Origin: Candidatus Thorarchaeota archaeon
GTDB taxonomy: Archaea; Asgardarchaeota; Thorarchaeia; Thorarchaeales; Thorarchaeaceae
Length of the DNA stretch: 18,011 nucleotides
NCBI GenBank assembly: GCA_004524435.1
Contig: SDNO01000032.1
Coordinates: forward strand, 1-18,011
Reading direction: 5' to 3'
Part shown: positions 1-8,194 of the stretch, piece after piece
How positions within the stretch are numbered: position 1 is the first letter of the stretch
Layout of the letters: each line of letters begins with the position of its first letter
Position numbers and translations under genes: made by a program
Notes under the pieces: generated by a model
Databases searched by the model: none
What the model saw: only the letters and a program-made list of their open reading frames with translations
What the model was told of the DNA's origin: nothing

Positions 1-144
1 AAAGAACTGATTGTTGCATGTGCTTCTGCCGATTATCCCAAGATTGAGAAGCGATTTGGGAATGAATTCTGTAGCTATAACATTCTCTCACTCGGTGTGA
101 CCACTAGTGCCACTTTTATAAGGTACAGAACAACAGAAGACTAG
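1..144 (+). CDS. 3' end of an unidentified protein-coding gene (C-terminal 47 codons, ...KELIVACASADYPKIEKRFGNEFCSYNILSLGVTTSATFIRYRTTED*)
   Basis: Frame 1 is open from the window edge to TAG at 142-144; no start inside the window; product not recognisable from this fragment. Confidence 0.3.
   Translation, partial: KELIVACASADYPKIEKRFGNEFCSYNILSLGVTTSATFIRYRTTED
112..123 (+). promoter_or_regulatory. Candidate archaeal TATA box (ttttataagg) upstream of radA
   Basis: AT-rich TATA-like octamer about 60-90 nt upstream of the RadA coding frame; nothing else TATA-like in the short radA upstream region. Confidence 0.3.
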
Positions 145-200
145 TAACGCGCTTCATGAGTTAGATGCGCGTCAATACATGACTGAGGGAGGTCTGTAAG

Positions 201-1214
201 ATTTCACCTGACGACGATGAAGATGTAGATTACGAAGAATTTGAAGAAGAAGACGAGGACTTCGATGAAGAAGAAGAGGATATTGAGGTTCAGGACCTAC
301 CCGGAGTAGGCCCGGCAATAAGCAAGAGACTGGCGGAAGCCGGATACAAGAGTGTGGAGGCCATAGCTGTGGCATCGCCCAGCGAACTAGCTGCAGCCGG
401 TTCCATCGGCGAGACTACGGCAACGAAGATTATCAAGGCTGCTCGAGAGATGCTGGATATTGGCTTTGAAACGGCAGACCTCTTGCTGGAACGTAGACAG
501 CACGCCGGTAGAATTACAACAGGCTCGAAATCCATAGACGAGCTCTTTGGCGGTGGAGTGGAAACACAAGGTATTACTGAGATGTATGGTTCGTTCCGTT
601 CTGGTAAGACACAGATGGCCCACCAACTGGCAATCAACGTTCAACTACCGCCTGGCAAAGGTGGACTTGGTGCCACAGCAATCTACGTGGATACTGAGGG
701 CACCTTTCGTCCCGAACGTCTGGTTGATATGGCTGAACCCCTCGGTCTTGATCCAGAGAAGGTTCTGAAGAATGTCGTCTGGGCTAGAGCCTACAACTCA
801 GACCATCAGATACTTCTGTGCGACCAAGCGATGGAAATGGCTCCTGAGAAGAACGCAAAGCTTCTCGTTGTCGACTCTGTTACGAGCCACTTCCGTGCGG
901 AATACACCGGCCGAGGAACCCTAGCGGCCCGACAGCAGAAACTCAACAAGCATCTCCACCATCTGCAGCGAGGTGCCGAAGTTAACAACATGGCCGTATA
1001 TATCACAAATCAAGTCATGTCCCGGCCTGATGCATTCTTTGGAGATCCTACGGCACCTGTTGGTGGTCACGTTCTTGCACACGTTCCCCAGACAAGATGC
1101 TACTTGAGAAAATCCAAGGGTGAGAGGCGAATATGCAGGCTCGTAGACTCGCCTAACTTGCCCGAGGGCGAGGCGGTCTTCACCATCACCAAAAATGGAA
1201 TCGGTGACGTCTAA
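201..1214 (+). CDS. radA: DNA repair and recombination protein RadA (Rad51/Dmc1 family recombinase); 5' boundary uncertain
   Basis: ORF-track protein 354..1214 has Walker [10 protein letters not shown], Walker B LLVVDS and the RadA/Rad51 core. The same frame is open back to ~183 and encodes the obligatory N-terminal HhH domain ([35 protein letters not shown]) preceded by a ~30-residue acidic tail. No ATG/GTG/TTG is in frame upstream of 354, so the true start is unresolved (ATT at 201 after a GGAGGT, or a frameshift from ATG 179). Confidence 0.85.
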   Translation: MSPDDDEDVDYEEFEEEDEDFDEEEEDIEVQDLPGVGPAISKRLAEAGYKSVEAIAVASPSELAAAGSIGETTATKIIKAAREMLDIGFETADLLLERRQHAGRITTGSKSIDELFGGGVETQGITEMYGSFRSGKTQMAHQLAINVQLPPGKGGLGATAIYVDTEGTFRPERLVDMAEPLGLDPEKVLKNVVWARAYNSDHQILLCDQAMEMAPEKNAKLLVVDSVTSHFRAEYTGRGTLAARQQKLNKHLHHLQRGAEVNNMAVYITNQVMSRPDAFFGDPTAPVGGHVLAHVPQTRCYLRKSKGERRICRLVDSPNLPEGEAVFTITKNGIGDV

Positions 1215-1216
1215 GA

Positions 1217-1252
1217 GAGAGGCCCCCTCCCCGGGGGCTCCTGTTTCTTTTC
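1217..1252. terminator. GC-rich hairpin (GCCCCC-tcccc-GGGGGC) followed by a T-tract between the convergent radA and GGR genes
   Basis: Inverted repeat read directly at ~1222-1238 followed by ctgtttcttttccc; lies between two convergent stop codons (1214 and 1254). Confidence 0.35.
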
Positions 1253-1253
1253 C

Positions 1254-2612
1254 CTATGAGAAATCTGATTCCTCAATTATCTTGAGAACTTGTTCCTGCC
1301 ATTCCGACAAGCCCGTTGGCCTCGATGGATATGCTTGATACAGGTTCGATATCTTCTTCATCAGACTTGCCGCCTTCTGTAGCTTCAGGAGAAGCCCGAT
1401 GTTTCGGATTCCTCTCTGGAACCTCTTCATCTTCTCGAATAGACCGAGCGATAATCCTTCGCCTCTATTGGCACTCATGAGATCCCCAGCCTCAAGAAGA
1501 CGCCTCTCGAATCCGAAGTCCATCTCCTCATCCGATACCTGCTGCAAAAGCCTCCTGAATATCTCAAGAGAGGCCAATCTCTTTCCGAAGTTCGTCAGAT
1601 ACCTGGTGTTATAGGTCCAGAGCCCCTTTACCGTTGGGTTCCTGCGGGCTATGGCTTCTTTTGCGACTTCTCCCAATATAGTCCCCGCTCTCATTCCAGC
1701 TCCTATACCTCCCCCATGTATTGGATTTGTCTGCAGTGCTGCATCACCGACAAATGCTACCCCGTCGCCCACAAGGCTCATGAGTGGGCGCCTTACAGGA
1801 ACCGCTCCCCCGGAGGCGTCCTTCACCCTGCTTCCGGTGAAAAGCGGATAGTACTCTTTGAAGTCTAGAAAGAAGGCCCTCGGTGAACCTCTTCCTTTCC
1901 CGCCACAAATTCCCACGCCGGCATTGATCTCTTGGGCGCCTTTTGGAAACATCCACGCATAACCCCCTGGTGCGACTTTACCCCCCAGAAAGACTCGTGC
2001 CACCTCGGGCTCTGAAAGAGGCTCTTCCAGCTCTAGAATCTCTCTGTAGCACAGAGCTACATCCTCCTTGTCTATGTCGCTCTCGACATAAGGTTGTTCG
2101 AGCTTATTCCGTATGGCGCCGGCAAATCCACTTGCATCAACCACCAATTTCGAGTAGACTCTAACATCCTCCTTGTTCTCCATGTCTTTGTAAAGGACGC
2201 CGATTACCTGTTCGGACCTGAGTAATGGCTCTCTCACGTGGCATCCAGGGTAAAAATACACTCCGGCTCGTATCGCCTCTTGGAGCAGTCTCTGACCAAA
2301 CTTGAGTCTATCGACAGTCCATCCATCAAAATCTTTCCATCCACGAACCTTGAGTTCGTTTGACATACTAGGTGGATATACATCTGCTCCTGCAATGACT
2401 GTGGATATCTCATCGCCCCCAGGGAAATCGATACCTGTTGCCTCGAAATGCGATTTGCTGATCTCATCGCCGCAGACCTTCATACCAACTTGTTCTCGCG
2501 GCTTTCTGTCAAGCATCAACGTTCGGAGACCCATCTCAGCGCATCTGCGAGCGGTAACGCAGCCGGCCGATCCTGCTCCAACAACAACGACATCTGGGCG
2601 CTTCAATTTCAA
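1254..2612 (-). CDS. FAD-dependent geranylgeranyl reductase (digeranylgeranylglycerophospholipid reductase family)
   Basis: N-terminal Rossmann dinucleotide motif DVVVVGAGSAGC; FAD-dependent oxidoreductase core with GDAA-type motif (VGDAALQTNPIHGGGIG); 452 aa with a C-terminal extension typical of archaeal GGR; apparent TTG start. Confidence 0.8.
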   Translation of the reverse strand: MKLKRPDVVVVGAGSAGCVTARRCAEMGLRTLMLDRKPREQVGMKVCGDEISKSHFEATGIDFPGGDEISTVIAGADVYPPSMSNELKVRGWKDFDGWTVDRLKFGQRLLQEAIRAGVYFYPGCHVREPLLRSEQVIGVLYKDMENKEDVRVYSKLVVDASGFAGAIRNKLEQPYVESDIDKEDVALCYREILELEEPLSEPEVARVFLGGKVAPGGYAWMFPKGAQEINAGVGICGGKGRGSPRAFFLDFKEYYPLFTGSRVKDASGGAVPVRRPLMSLVGDGVAFVGDAALQTNPIHGGGIGAGMRAGTILGEVAKEAIARRNPTVKGLWTYNTRYLTNFGKRLASLEIFRRLLQQVSDEEMDFGFERRLLEAGDLMSANRGEGLSLGLFEKMKRFQRGIRNIGLLLKLQKAASLMKKISNLYQAYPSRPTGLSEWQEQVLKIIEESDFS

Positions 2613-2779
2613 TCACGAGTGCAATAGTCGTTGCTAATATAAATCGTCTTCTTGGATTATCCATCTTCGCGCACGATGACGGCTGATTCTGCTTCTGTGT
2701 TGCAGATAGACATCGGCAATTTCGCTCAATCCTGCACAAGTATTATCTAGGAAGTGGAAATCAGCTGAATCGAATTGTT

Positions 2780-4084
2780 ATGTCTAGTCTAGTGGTTCTC
2801 GGTCTGCAATGGGGCGATGAAGGAAAGGGGAAGGTTGTTGACTACCTCTCGAAGGATTTCGACATCGTAGTTCGCTTTCAGGGTGGCAATAATGCAGGCC
2901 ATACCGTCAAGATTGGAGATGACACTCACAAGTTCAGGCTTCTTCCCAGCGGCGCAATCAGAGGAAAGAGAGTTGTCATAGGTAACGGAGTAGTGCTGGA
3001 TCCTCAGACCCTGACTGATGAGATAGTGGAACTAAGAAAAGCAGATATCAAAATTGACCTGTTGATTAGCAACCGCGCCCACGTCATCACTCCGTATCAT
3101 ATCAAGATTGACGAGCTTCAGGAGCTAGAAAAGGGTGATACGAAAATCGGTACAACTAGGCGGGGCATCGGTCCAACTTATTCCAATAAGATTGACCGCA
3201 TAGGTCTGAGAGTTGCCGACTTCCTGGGAGACTCACTCGAGACCGTTGATCAATTCCAAGAAATCATCTTGGCTAAGATTCAGAGACTCTTTGAAATAGG
3301 GAACATGGATGCCATAAACGATGATTTTGAGAGATACATCTCACTTGTCAGATCGCTCAAACCGTTTGTTGGTGACACTGGTGAGTATCTCAGGGATTCG
3401 GTGCAGCGTGGAGACCGAATACTCTACGAGGGTGCCCAGGGCACGCTTCTAGACATCGACCATGGGTCCTACCCCTTTGTGACCTCCTCAAACTGTAGTA
3501 TTGGCGGAGTGTCAACTGGAACGGGTGTCCCTCCATCTCAGATAGGCGAGGTACTCGGTGTTGTCAAGGCATATACTACTCGAGTTGGGGCTGGTCCGTT
3601 CCCCACCGAGATAGAGGACAGTATTGAATCGACTATCCGGACACGAGGGAAGGAATTCGGGACTGTCACTGGTCGACCCAGGAGATGTGGTTGGCTCGAT
3701 CTCGTGGCTCTTCGATACGCGGTTGTTCTCAATGATGCAAAGTTTCTTGCGCTGACCAAGCTCGATGTGCTCTCCGGCATCGGACCACTCAAGGTTTGTA
3801 CCCGCTATGAATCAGATGGCATCGAGATCTCTTCGATTCCAGCCAACGCAATCGAGTACGATAGGGTCCACCCGGTTTATGAGGAGCTAGACGGATGGGA
3901 CCTTCCCAAGGGGGACAGCTGGAATGGGATTCTTAAGACGGGACTGGAATCCTTACCCGAGAATCTCATTGAATACCTGAGGAAGATAGAGAGCTTCACT
4001 AGAACTGAAGTGAAACTGATTTCAGTTGGACCGAGGCGAGAGGAAACCATGGTGCTGGATGAGAAGTGGTTAGATTCGAGCTAG
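2780..4084 (+). CDS. purA: Adenylosuccinate synthetase
   Basis: Canonical N-terminus VVLGLQWGDEGKGK (P-loop), GGNNAGHT, and full-length (434 aa) AdSS architecture including GIGPTY and TGRPRRCGWLD. Confidence 0.95.
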   Translation: MSSLVVLGLQWGDEGKGKVVDYLSKDFDIVVRFQGGNNAGHTVKIGDDTHKFRLLPSGAIRGKRVVIGNGVVLDPQTLTDEIVELRKADIKIDLLISNRAHVITPYHIKIDELQELEKGDTKIGTTRRGIGPTYSNKIDRIGLRVADFLGDSLETVDQFQEIILAKIQRLFEIGNMDAINDDFERYISLVRSLKPFVGDTGEYLRDSVQRGDRILYEGAQGTLLDIDHGSYPFVTSSNCSIGGVSTGTGVPPSQIGEVLGVVKAYTTRVGAGPFPTEIEDSIESTIRTRGKEFGTVTGRPRRCGWLDLVALRYAVVLNDAKFLALTKLDVLSGIGPLKVCTRYESDGIEISSIPANAIEYDRVHPVYEELDGWDLPKGDSWNGILKTGLESLPENLIEYLRKIESFTRTEVKLISVGPRREETMVLDEKWLDSS

Positions 4085-4617
4085 ACATGTTTGAATTCGA
4101 TTATCACTATTGAGAGAATTACAACCAGCACTATGATGAGAAGGATGGGGGGCATCCAGTTCAGGAATATCTCGAAGTATCCAAGGATTGTCGATGGATC
4201 TAGCGCAATAATGACGACGTGTGCATAGACCAGCAACAAGCCATAGACTGCGAATATCGGGTAGAACACTGGTCCTCCGCTTATGACCAGAAGCAAGACG
4301 ATGAATGCCAATCGACTCTTGGTCGGATCTAGAAGTGGCATCGGTATGGTTTCATCATCAGCGAATTGGAAGTAGTAGCTCGGAAGGAACGTGGGCAATC
4401 GAATCCGTATCAGTTCGAGTATCTGCACTCCGAGTTGCACGGAGAGGAGCAAGAACGTGTGGGTCAGCATGTAGCCCAGAATCAAAGTGTTGAGGAGGGG
4501 CAAGTCCTCTTGGAAGATTTGGAAACTATCGACGACCCCCACAAGAACGCAGAAGTTGACCACAAAGAGAGCGAGATGTACTAGGGCGCCCTTGAGTATC
4601 TGTCTGCTATCGGCCAT
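4081..4617 (-). CDS. Integral membrane protein of unknown function (about 5 TM helices)
   Basis: 178-aa ORF with five hydrophobic 20-residue segments; 26 nt downstream of the GTPase gene on the same strand; its 3' end overlaps the purA stop by 4 nt. Confidence 0.55.
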   Translation of the reverse strand: MADSRQILKGALVHLALFVVNFCVLVGVVDSFQIFQEDLPLLNTLILGYMLTHTFLLLSVQLGVQILELIRIRLPTFLPSYYFQFADDETIPMPLLDPTKSRLAFIVLLLVISGGPVFYPIFAVYGLLLVYAHVVIIALDPSTILGYFEIFLNWMPPILLIIVLVVILSIVIIEFKHV

Positions 4618-4643
4618 TCGTATCAGTCCGCATGTCCTTGGGA

Positions 4644-5246
4644 TTATGTGATTTTGGACGGCTTTCCAGGGGTTATTGATCCTGGTTGCTTCTTCCCTGA
4701 CTGACGTGTCTGCTTCTGCTTTTCAATGGCTCGTTGTACGAGGTCTGTGAACAAGTCTGTAACATTCTCACCAGTCTTGGCTGAAGTCTCGTAATGCATG
4801 ACATCCAACCACTTGGTCACCATCTTTCCTGCTTCAGGAGGCACCAATCTGTCTGGACGGTCGATTTTGTTTGCCACAACAGACACAACCGCATTCGGGC
4901 AGACTGCAATCAGTCTCGTGAACCACTCCCCTATGTCTAAGAACGTCTGCGGGCGCGTGACATCATATACAATGATTGCCATGGTTGCGCCAGCCATGTA
5001 GCGCCTTCTGAGCTCATTGTACGTCGGTTGACCTGCCAGGTCCCAGAGAACAACACGAGCGGTCACCTCTCTGCCCTCTGGCATCTCCAGACTAACGGTC
5101 TTCAGAGCGAATGTCGTTCCGATGGTCATGATGTAGCGTTCACTAAAGCTGTCCTCCGTATATCGCTTGATACAACTCGTCTTCCCCACTGCCCCATCTC
5201 CTAGGGCGACGAGTTTGAACATGTGCGATATGTTGTCTGAGGACAC
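4644..5246 (-). CDS. Ras-superfamily small GTPase, Rab/Ras-like (eukaryote-like, Asgard-type)
   Basis: G1 GDGAVGKT, switch I TIGTTF, G3 WDLAGQ, G4 NKID, G5 ETSAK; about 200 aa; the C-terminus (KPSKIT) has no CaaX/CC prenylation motif. Confidence 0.85.
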   Translation of the reverse strand: MSSDNISHMFKLVALGDGAVGKTSCIKRYTEDSFSERYIMTIGTTFALKTVSLEMPEGREVTARVVLWDLAGQPTYNELRRRYMAGATMAIIVYDVTRPQTFLDIGEWFTRLIAVCPNAVVSVVANKIDRPDRLVPPEAGKMVTKWLDVMHYETSAKTGENVTDLFTDLVQRAIEKQKQTRQSGKKQPGSITPGKPSKIT

Positions 5247-5404
5247 GTTACATCCAACCTGTATTGCACTGGGTAGTCAAGACGGACACATATCCACATT
5301 TAATGATTCTGGGAATGTCCTCCGGCAGATTTTGGACTTCAAAGGATGTCGGGCCTTTCATTCTCCGAAACAAGATTTCCCCTAGAGGTATAGCGATTCG
5401 ACCT

Positions 5405-5418
5405 CATGTTTATATCAT
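5405..5418 (+). promoter_or_regulatory. Candidate TATA element (gtttatatc) in the divergent GTPase | nfeD intergenic region
   Basis: AT-rich TATA-like motif ~75 nt upstream of the nfeD ATG within a 245-nt divergent intergenic region. Confidence 0.25.
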
Positions 5419-5491
5419 TTCAGGGCTATGATAGCACAGGGAAACCTGAATTCAGGGCCTGTACAGCAGACACGATGCAGTTGAGTTAAGA

Positions 5492-6454
5492 ATGCAGGAT
5501 CTGGGAGCACTAGCCCTCTTTCTGAGGGAGATATCGTTCGGTGTATTTCTAGCGGGGCTATTCTATACCTTTGGGATGTTCATACTGAGCCGCGTCTTTG
5601 CAGCATTTGGAGATCACGACGCGGGAGAGCATGATGTTGACAGCGCAGAACATGACATAGAACATGATGTCGAGCACGACTATGATCATGATATTGGTCA
5701 TGATCTCGACCATGACATAGAACACGACGTGGCTCATGATTTCGACCACGATGTCGGGCACGAGATTGAACATGACATAGATCACGATCTCGACCACGAC
5801 ATAGCTCATGATCTGGACCACGAACTTGATCATGACTTGGACTATGGTTATGATATTGACCATGATGTTGACCATGAGATAGACCACGAGGTGGACCATG
5901 ACCATGGCGTGGAGCATGAGCACGATATCGACCATGATCACCATCTAGAAACGGAATTCGGCGGAGATGTGGATCACGCATCTGGATTGGGATTCTTTGA
6001 GATGGATCGTGGCGCCCCTCTTGGGGTGACTATCGGGACATCATTGGTGTCCTTCGGTTTCATCGGCTCCGTCATCTATTACGAGGGAGTTCTCCTACCT
6101 TTCCTCGCGAAGCTTCTGATTCAGCTCGTTGGTGCAGCCCTCATTGTCTTCACAGTCCGGACGGTGCTAGGAAAGGCCTTCGTGGAGTCTGGCTTCTACA
6201 TAGAGCCCCGTCACATCGTGGGGCGGAAGGTTGAGGCTGCTAGCACCATACGCGATGACTTCGGTGAGATTCGTGCTGAGACCGAGATGGGTCTTCGCAG
6301 ATTCTATGCGCGACCGTTTGTGAAGGGTGTTGTCTTCCAGAAGGGCACCGAGCTGTTTGTCGTGTCGGCTGATGACAAGGTTGTATATGTTGATCCACGG
6401 AAGGAAGCCAAGAAGTGGGTACAACAACAGAGTCAGAAACAGCATGGTAAGTGA
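5492..6454 (+). CDS. NfeD-like membrane protein (short NfeD/YuaF-type with C-terminal OB-fold) carrying an internal (H-D-x-x)n repeat insertion
   Basis: N-terminal TM helix, ~110-residue His/Asp tetrapeptide-repeat region, two further TM helices, then a C-terminal beta-rich segment (GRKVEAASTIRDDFGEIRAETEMGLRRFYARPFVKGVVFQKGTELFVVSADDKVVYVDP) matching the NfeD C-terminal beta-barrel pattern; immediately upstream of an SPFH/flotillin gene, as in bacterial nfeD-floT operons. Confidence 0.65.
   Translation: MQDLGALALFLREISFGVFLAGLFYTFGMFILSRVFAAFGDHDAGEHDVDSAEHDIEHDVEHDYDHDIGHDLDHDIEHDVAHDFDHDVGHEIEHDIDHDLDHDIAHDLDHELDHDLDYGYDIDHDVDHEIDHEVDHDHGVEHEHDIDHDHHLETEFGGDVDHASGLGFFEMDRGAPLGVTIGTSLVSFGFIGSVIYYEGVLLPFLAKLLIQLVGAALIVFTVRTVLGKAFVESGFYIEPRHIVGRKVEAASTIRDDFGEIRAETEMGLRRFYARPFVKGVVFQKGTELFVVSADDKVVYVDPRKEAKKWVQQQSQKQHGK
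5627..5942 (+). repeat. Coding tandem repeat, 12-nt period (cay gay nnn gan), about 25 units encoding HD[IVLFY][DEGA]
   Basis: Directly visible periodic catgat/cacgac pattern; the antisense ORFs 5558..5944 and 5580..5981 are artefacts of this repeat. Confidence 0.9.
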
Positions 6455-6490
6455 GGGATTCTGGGCGAAATCCCTATATTCATTTGATTC
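6455..6490 (+). terminator. Hairpin GGGATT-ctgggcga-AATCCC followed by a T-rich tract, immediately after the nfeD stop
   Basis: Perfect 6-bp inverted repeat starting at the base after the TGA (6452-6454), followed by tatattcatttgattc. Confidence 0.4.
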
Positions 6491-6673
6491 ATAATACGCA
6501 CAGAGTGACAGGGAACACATCCTTGCGAGGTTGGGTTGCTGGAGAGATGGGTGTTTGATTCTATTCAACGCAGTCCTCAGAAGAACCAGAGAGACTATTG
6601 GAAACTTTGCGTTCATCGCCCCTCTCAATCCGAGACCTGTCACCCCAATGAGAATAGTGAGTAGAAACTAACA

Positions 6674-7993
6674 ATGCAAGCAAGTCTGATGGATTTCTTT
6701 GCTCAGAATCCTGCGCTTTCTGCCTTCTTGGCCATCGTCATGGTGGTCCTGCTCCTTGTATTCTATGTCAAGAAGTACGTAAGAATATATGACCCAAATA
6801 TTTTCTATGTGCATCTCCGACGAGGTAAGGCAATCAAGCAGGGCGAGGGTGGCATGGTTGTGCGGATACCCTTCTTCGACCGCATCCTAGCGGTGGACAG
6901 GACCGTACAGCAGCTGAACATTCAGGCGGAGTCCGTGCTCTCGAAGGAGAAGCAGAAGATCAAGCTGAGTGCCGTTCTGCAGTGGCAGGCAGAGAACGCC
7001 ATTGCTACGATTAACAACGTGAAGTGGAATGAGATACCGCCACGGCTGACCGCTATCATCGAATCGGTCATTCGTACCGCATGCGCCCAGCTCACCGTTG
7101 AGGAGGTACTAGAGGAGCGTCAGAAGATTATTGAGGCCATCAAGAAGGAACTCGTTGACATTGTAAGCGAGTGGGGTCTTAAGGTTGTGACTGTCGAGCT
7201 TGTCGACGTATCTGTGGTGAACGAAGCCTTCCTGAGGGACATGTCTAAACCCCGTGAGGCTGAGATGCACAGGCTGGCCCAGATTGCCGAGATTGAGGCT
7301 GAGCAGGCGACCAACAGTCGTGATATTGAGAAGACTCGAGTGATCCGTGAGCTGGAGATTCAGCGTGACCAGAAGGTCGGTGTCCAGGAGCAGATGCAGA
7401 TTCGTGCTATTCAGGAGGAGGAGAAACAGCGTGAACAGAGCGTTCTGGAGATCCAGCTGCAGAAGGACCTGATGCAGAAGAAGTACGAGAAGCAGCAGGC
7501 CGAGGTCGAGGCCCAGAAGGACCTGGAGGTCGCCCGTCTTGACGCTGAGGCTGAGAAGCAGCGCAGAATCAAGCAGGAAGTCGAGGTAGAGGCTCAGAGA
7601 ATTCTTCAGGAAGCTCAGGCCGAGGCCGAGAAGATATCCGTCGTTGCTCAGGCCGATGCTGAGCGTATCACGAAGATCACCGCAGCCGAGGCTGAGGGTA
7701 TCAAGAGAACCCTGGCAGCCGCCAAGGACTACACGCCACAGGCGTTTGCGCGTGACTTCTTGGGAATCTTGCCCGCGATCTATGACAACATCGACATCGG
7801 TGACGTGACCTTGTTCGGAGGCGGTGCTGCAGCGGAGGGAGAGGAGGGCACCTCTGGTGGAAGCGCTTTCCAAGTCTATGGCAATGTCCTCCTACCCATG
7901 ATGCTGATGGCGAGGATGATGGGCTTCGACTTCAAGGGATTAATGAAAGAGTCTCTGGGTTCGATGGCCGTTGATGAGGAGAAGTCCAAGTAG
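6674..7993 (+). CDS. Flotillin-like SPFH (band 7) domain protein
   Basis: N-terminal TM anchor, SPFH core (VVRIPFFDRILAVDRTVQQLNIQAE...), then a long Glu/Ala/Gln-rich coiled-coil flotillin domain (AEAEKQRRIKQEVEVEAQRILQEAQAEAEK...); 439 aa. Confidence 0.85.
   Translation: MQASLMDFFAQNPALSAFLAIVMVVLLLVFYVKKYVRIYDPNIFYVHLRRGKAIKQGEGGMVVRIPFFDRILAVDRTVQQLNIQAESVLSKEKQKIKLSAVLQWQAENAIATINNVKWNEIPPRLTAIIESVIRTACAQLTVEEVLEERQKIIEAIKKELVDIVSEWGLKVVTVELVDVSVVNEAFLRDMSKPREAEMHRLAQIAEIEAEQATNSRDIEKTRVIRELEIQRDQKVGVQEQMQIRAIQEEEKQREQSVLEIQLQKDLMQKKYEKQQAEVEAQKDLEVARLDAEAEKQRRIKQEVEVEAQRILQEAQAEAEKISVVAQADAERITKITAAEAEGIKRTLAAAKDYTPQAFARDFLGILPAIYDNIDIGDVTLFGGGAAAEGEEGTSGGSAFQVYGNVLLPMMLMARMMGFDFKGLMKESLGSMAVDEEKSK
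7270..7700 (+). repeat. Low-complexity coding region (GAG/GCC/CAG-rich) encoding the EA-repeat coiled coil of the flotillin-like protein
   Basis: Runs of gaggctgag / gccgaggtcgag; produces the Leu-rich spurious antisense ORF 7109..7873. Confidence 0.5.
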
Positions 7994-8010
7994 ACGACGG
8001 TTCATTGAGT

Positions 8011-8060
8011 AGCCCAGTACTCCTCGCTGGGTCTTTCTCTTTTTCTTCTATCTGTCATTT
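8011..8060 (+). terminator. Hairpin (GCCCAG-tactcctcg-CTGGGT) followed by a long pyrimidine/T-rich tract downstream of the flotillin gene
   Basis: Inverted repeat ~8012-8032, then ctttctctttttcttctatctgtcatttctc. Confidence 0.4.
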
Positions 8061-8194
8061 CTCATAGCATCGAGTATGTCAGGTTTCTTCTGTTTCGGAA
8101 CTGATACCCTGTGCTGTGGGCCGAATACACACCCTCAAAGCTTTTTTTGCTCTCGATGCATGGCAGTTATGTCGACTATCGCAGGTGATGTCCT

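Noticed and set aside
172-644. Minus-strand ORFs (67, 115 and 85 aa) over the radA 5' region
   Set aside because: Antisense to the RadA HhH/core coding sequence; Pro/Arg/Leu-rich shadow frames.
5558-5981. Two long minus-strand ORFs (128 and 133 aa) antisense to the HD-repeat region
   Set aside because: They are products of the 12-nt periodic repeat read on the opposite strand (Met/Val/Ile-rich or His/Arg-rich low complexity). The sense frame has flanking TM and NfeD-like domains that make sense as a protein.
6167-6643. 158-aa minus-strand ORF overlapping the nfeD 3' end and the nfeD-flotillin spacer
   Set aside because: It overlaps the well-supported NfeD C-terminal domain on the opposite strand and has no recognisable features; the spacer more likely carries the terminator hairpin and flotillin promoter.
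7109-7873. 254-aa Leu-rich minus-strand ORF inside the flotillin gene
   Set aside because: It is the antisense of GAG/GCC/CAG-rich coiled-coil codons (CTC/GGC/CTG), a typical shadow ORF; the sense frame is clearly an SPFH/flotillin.
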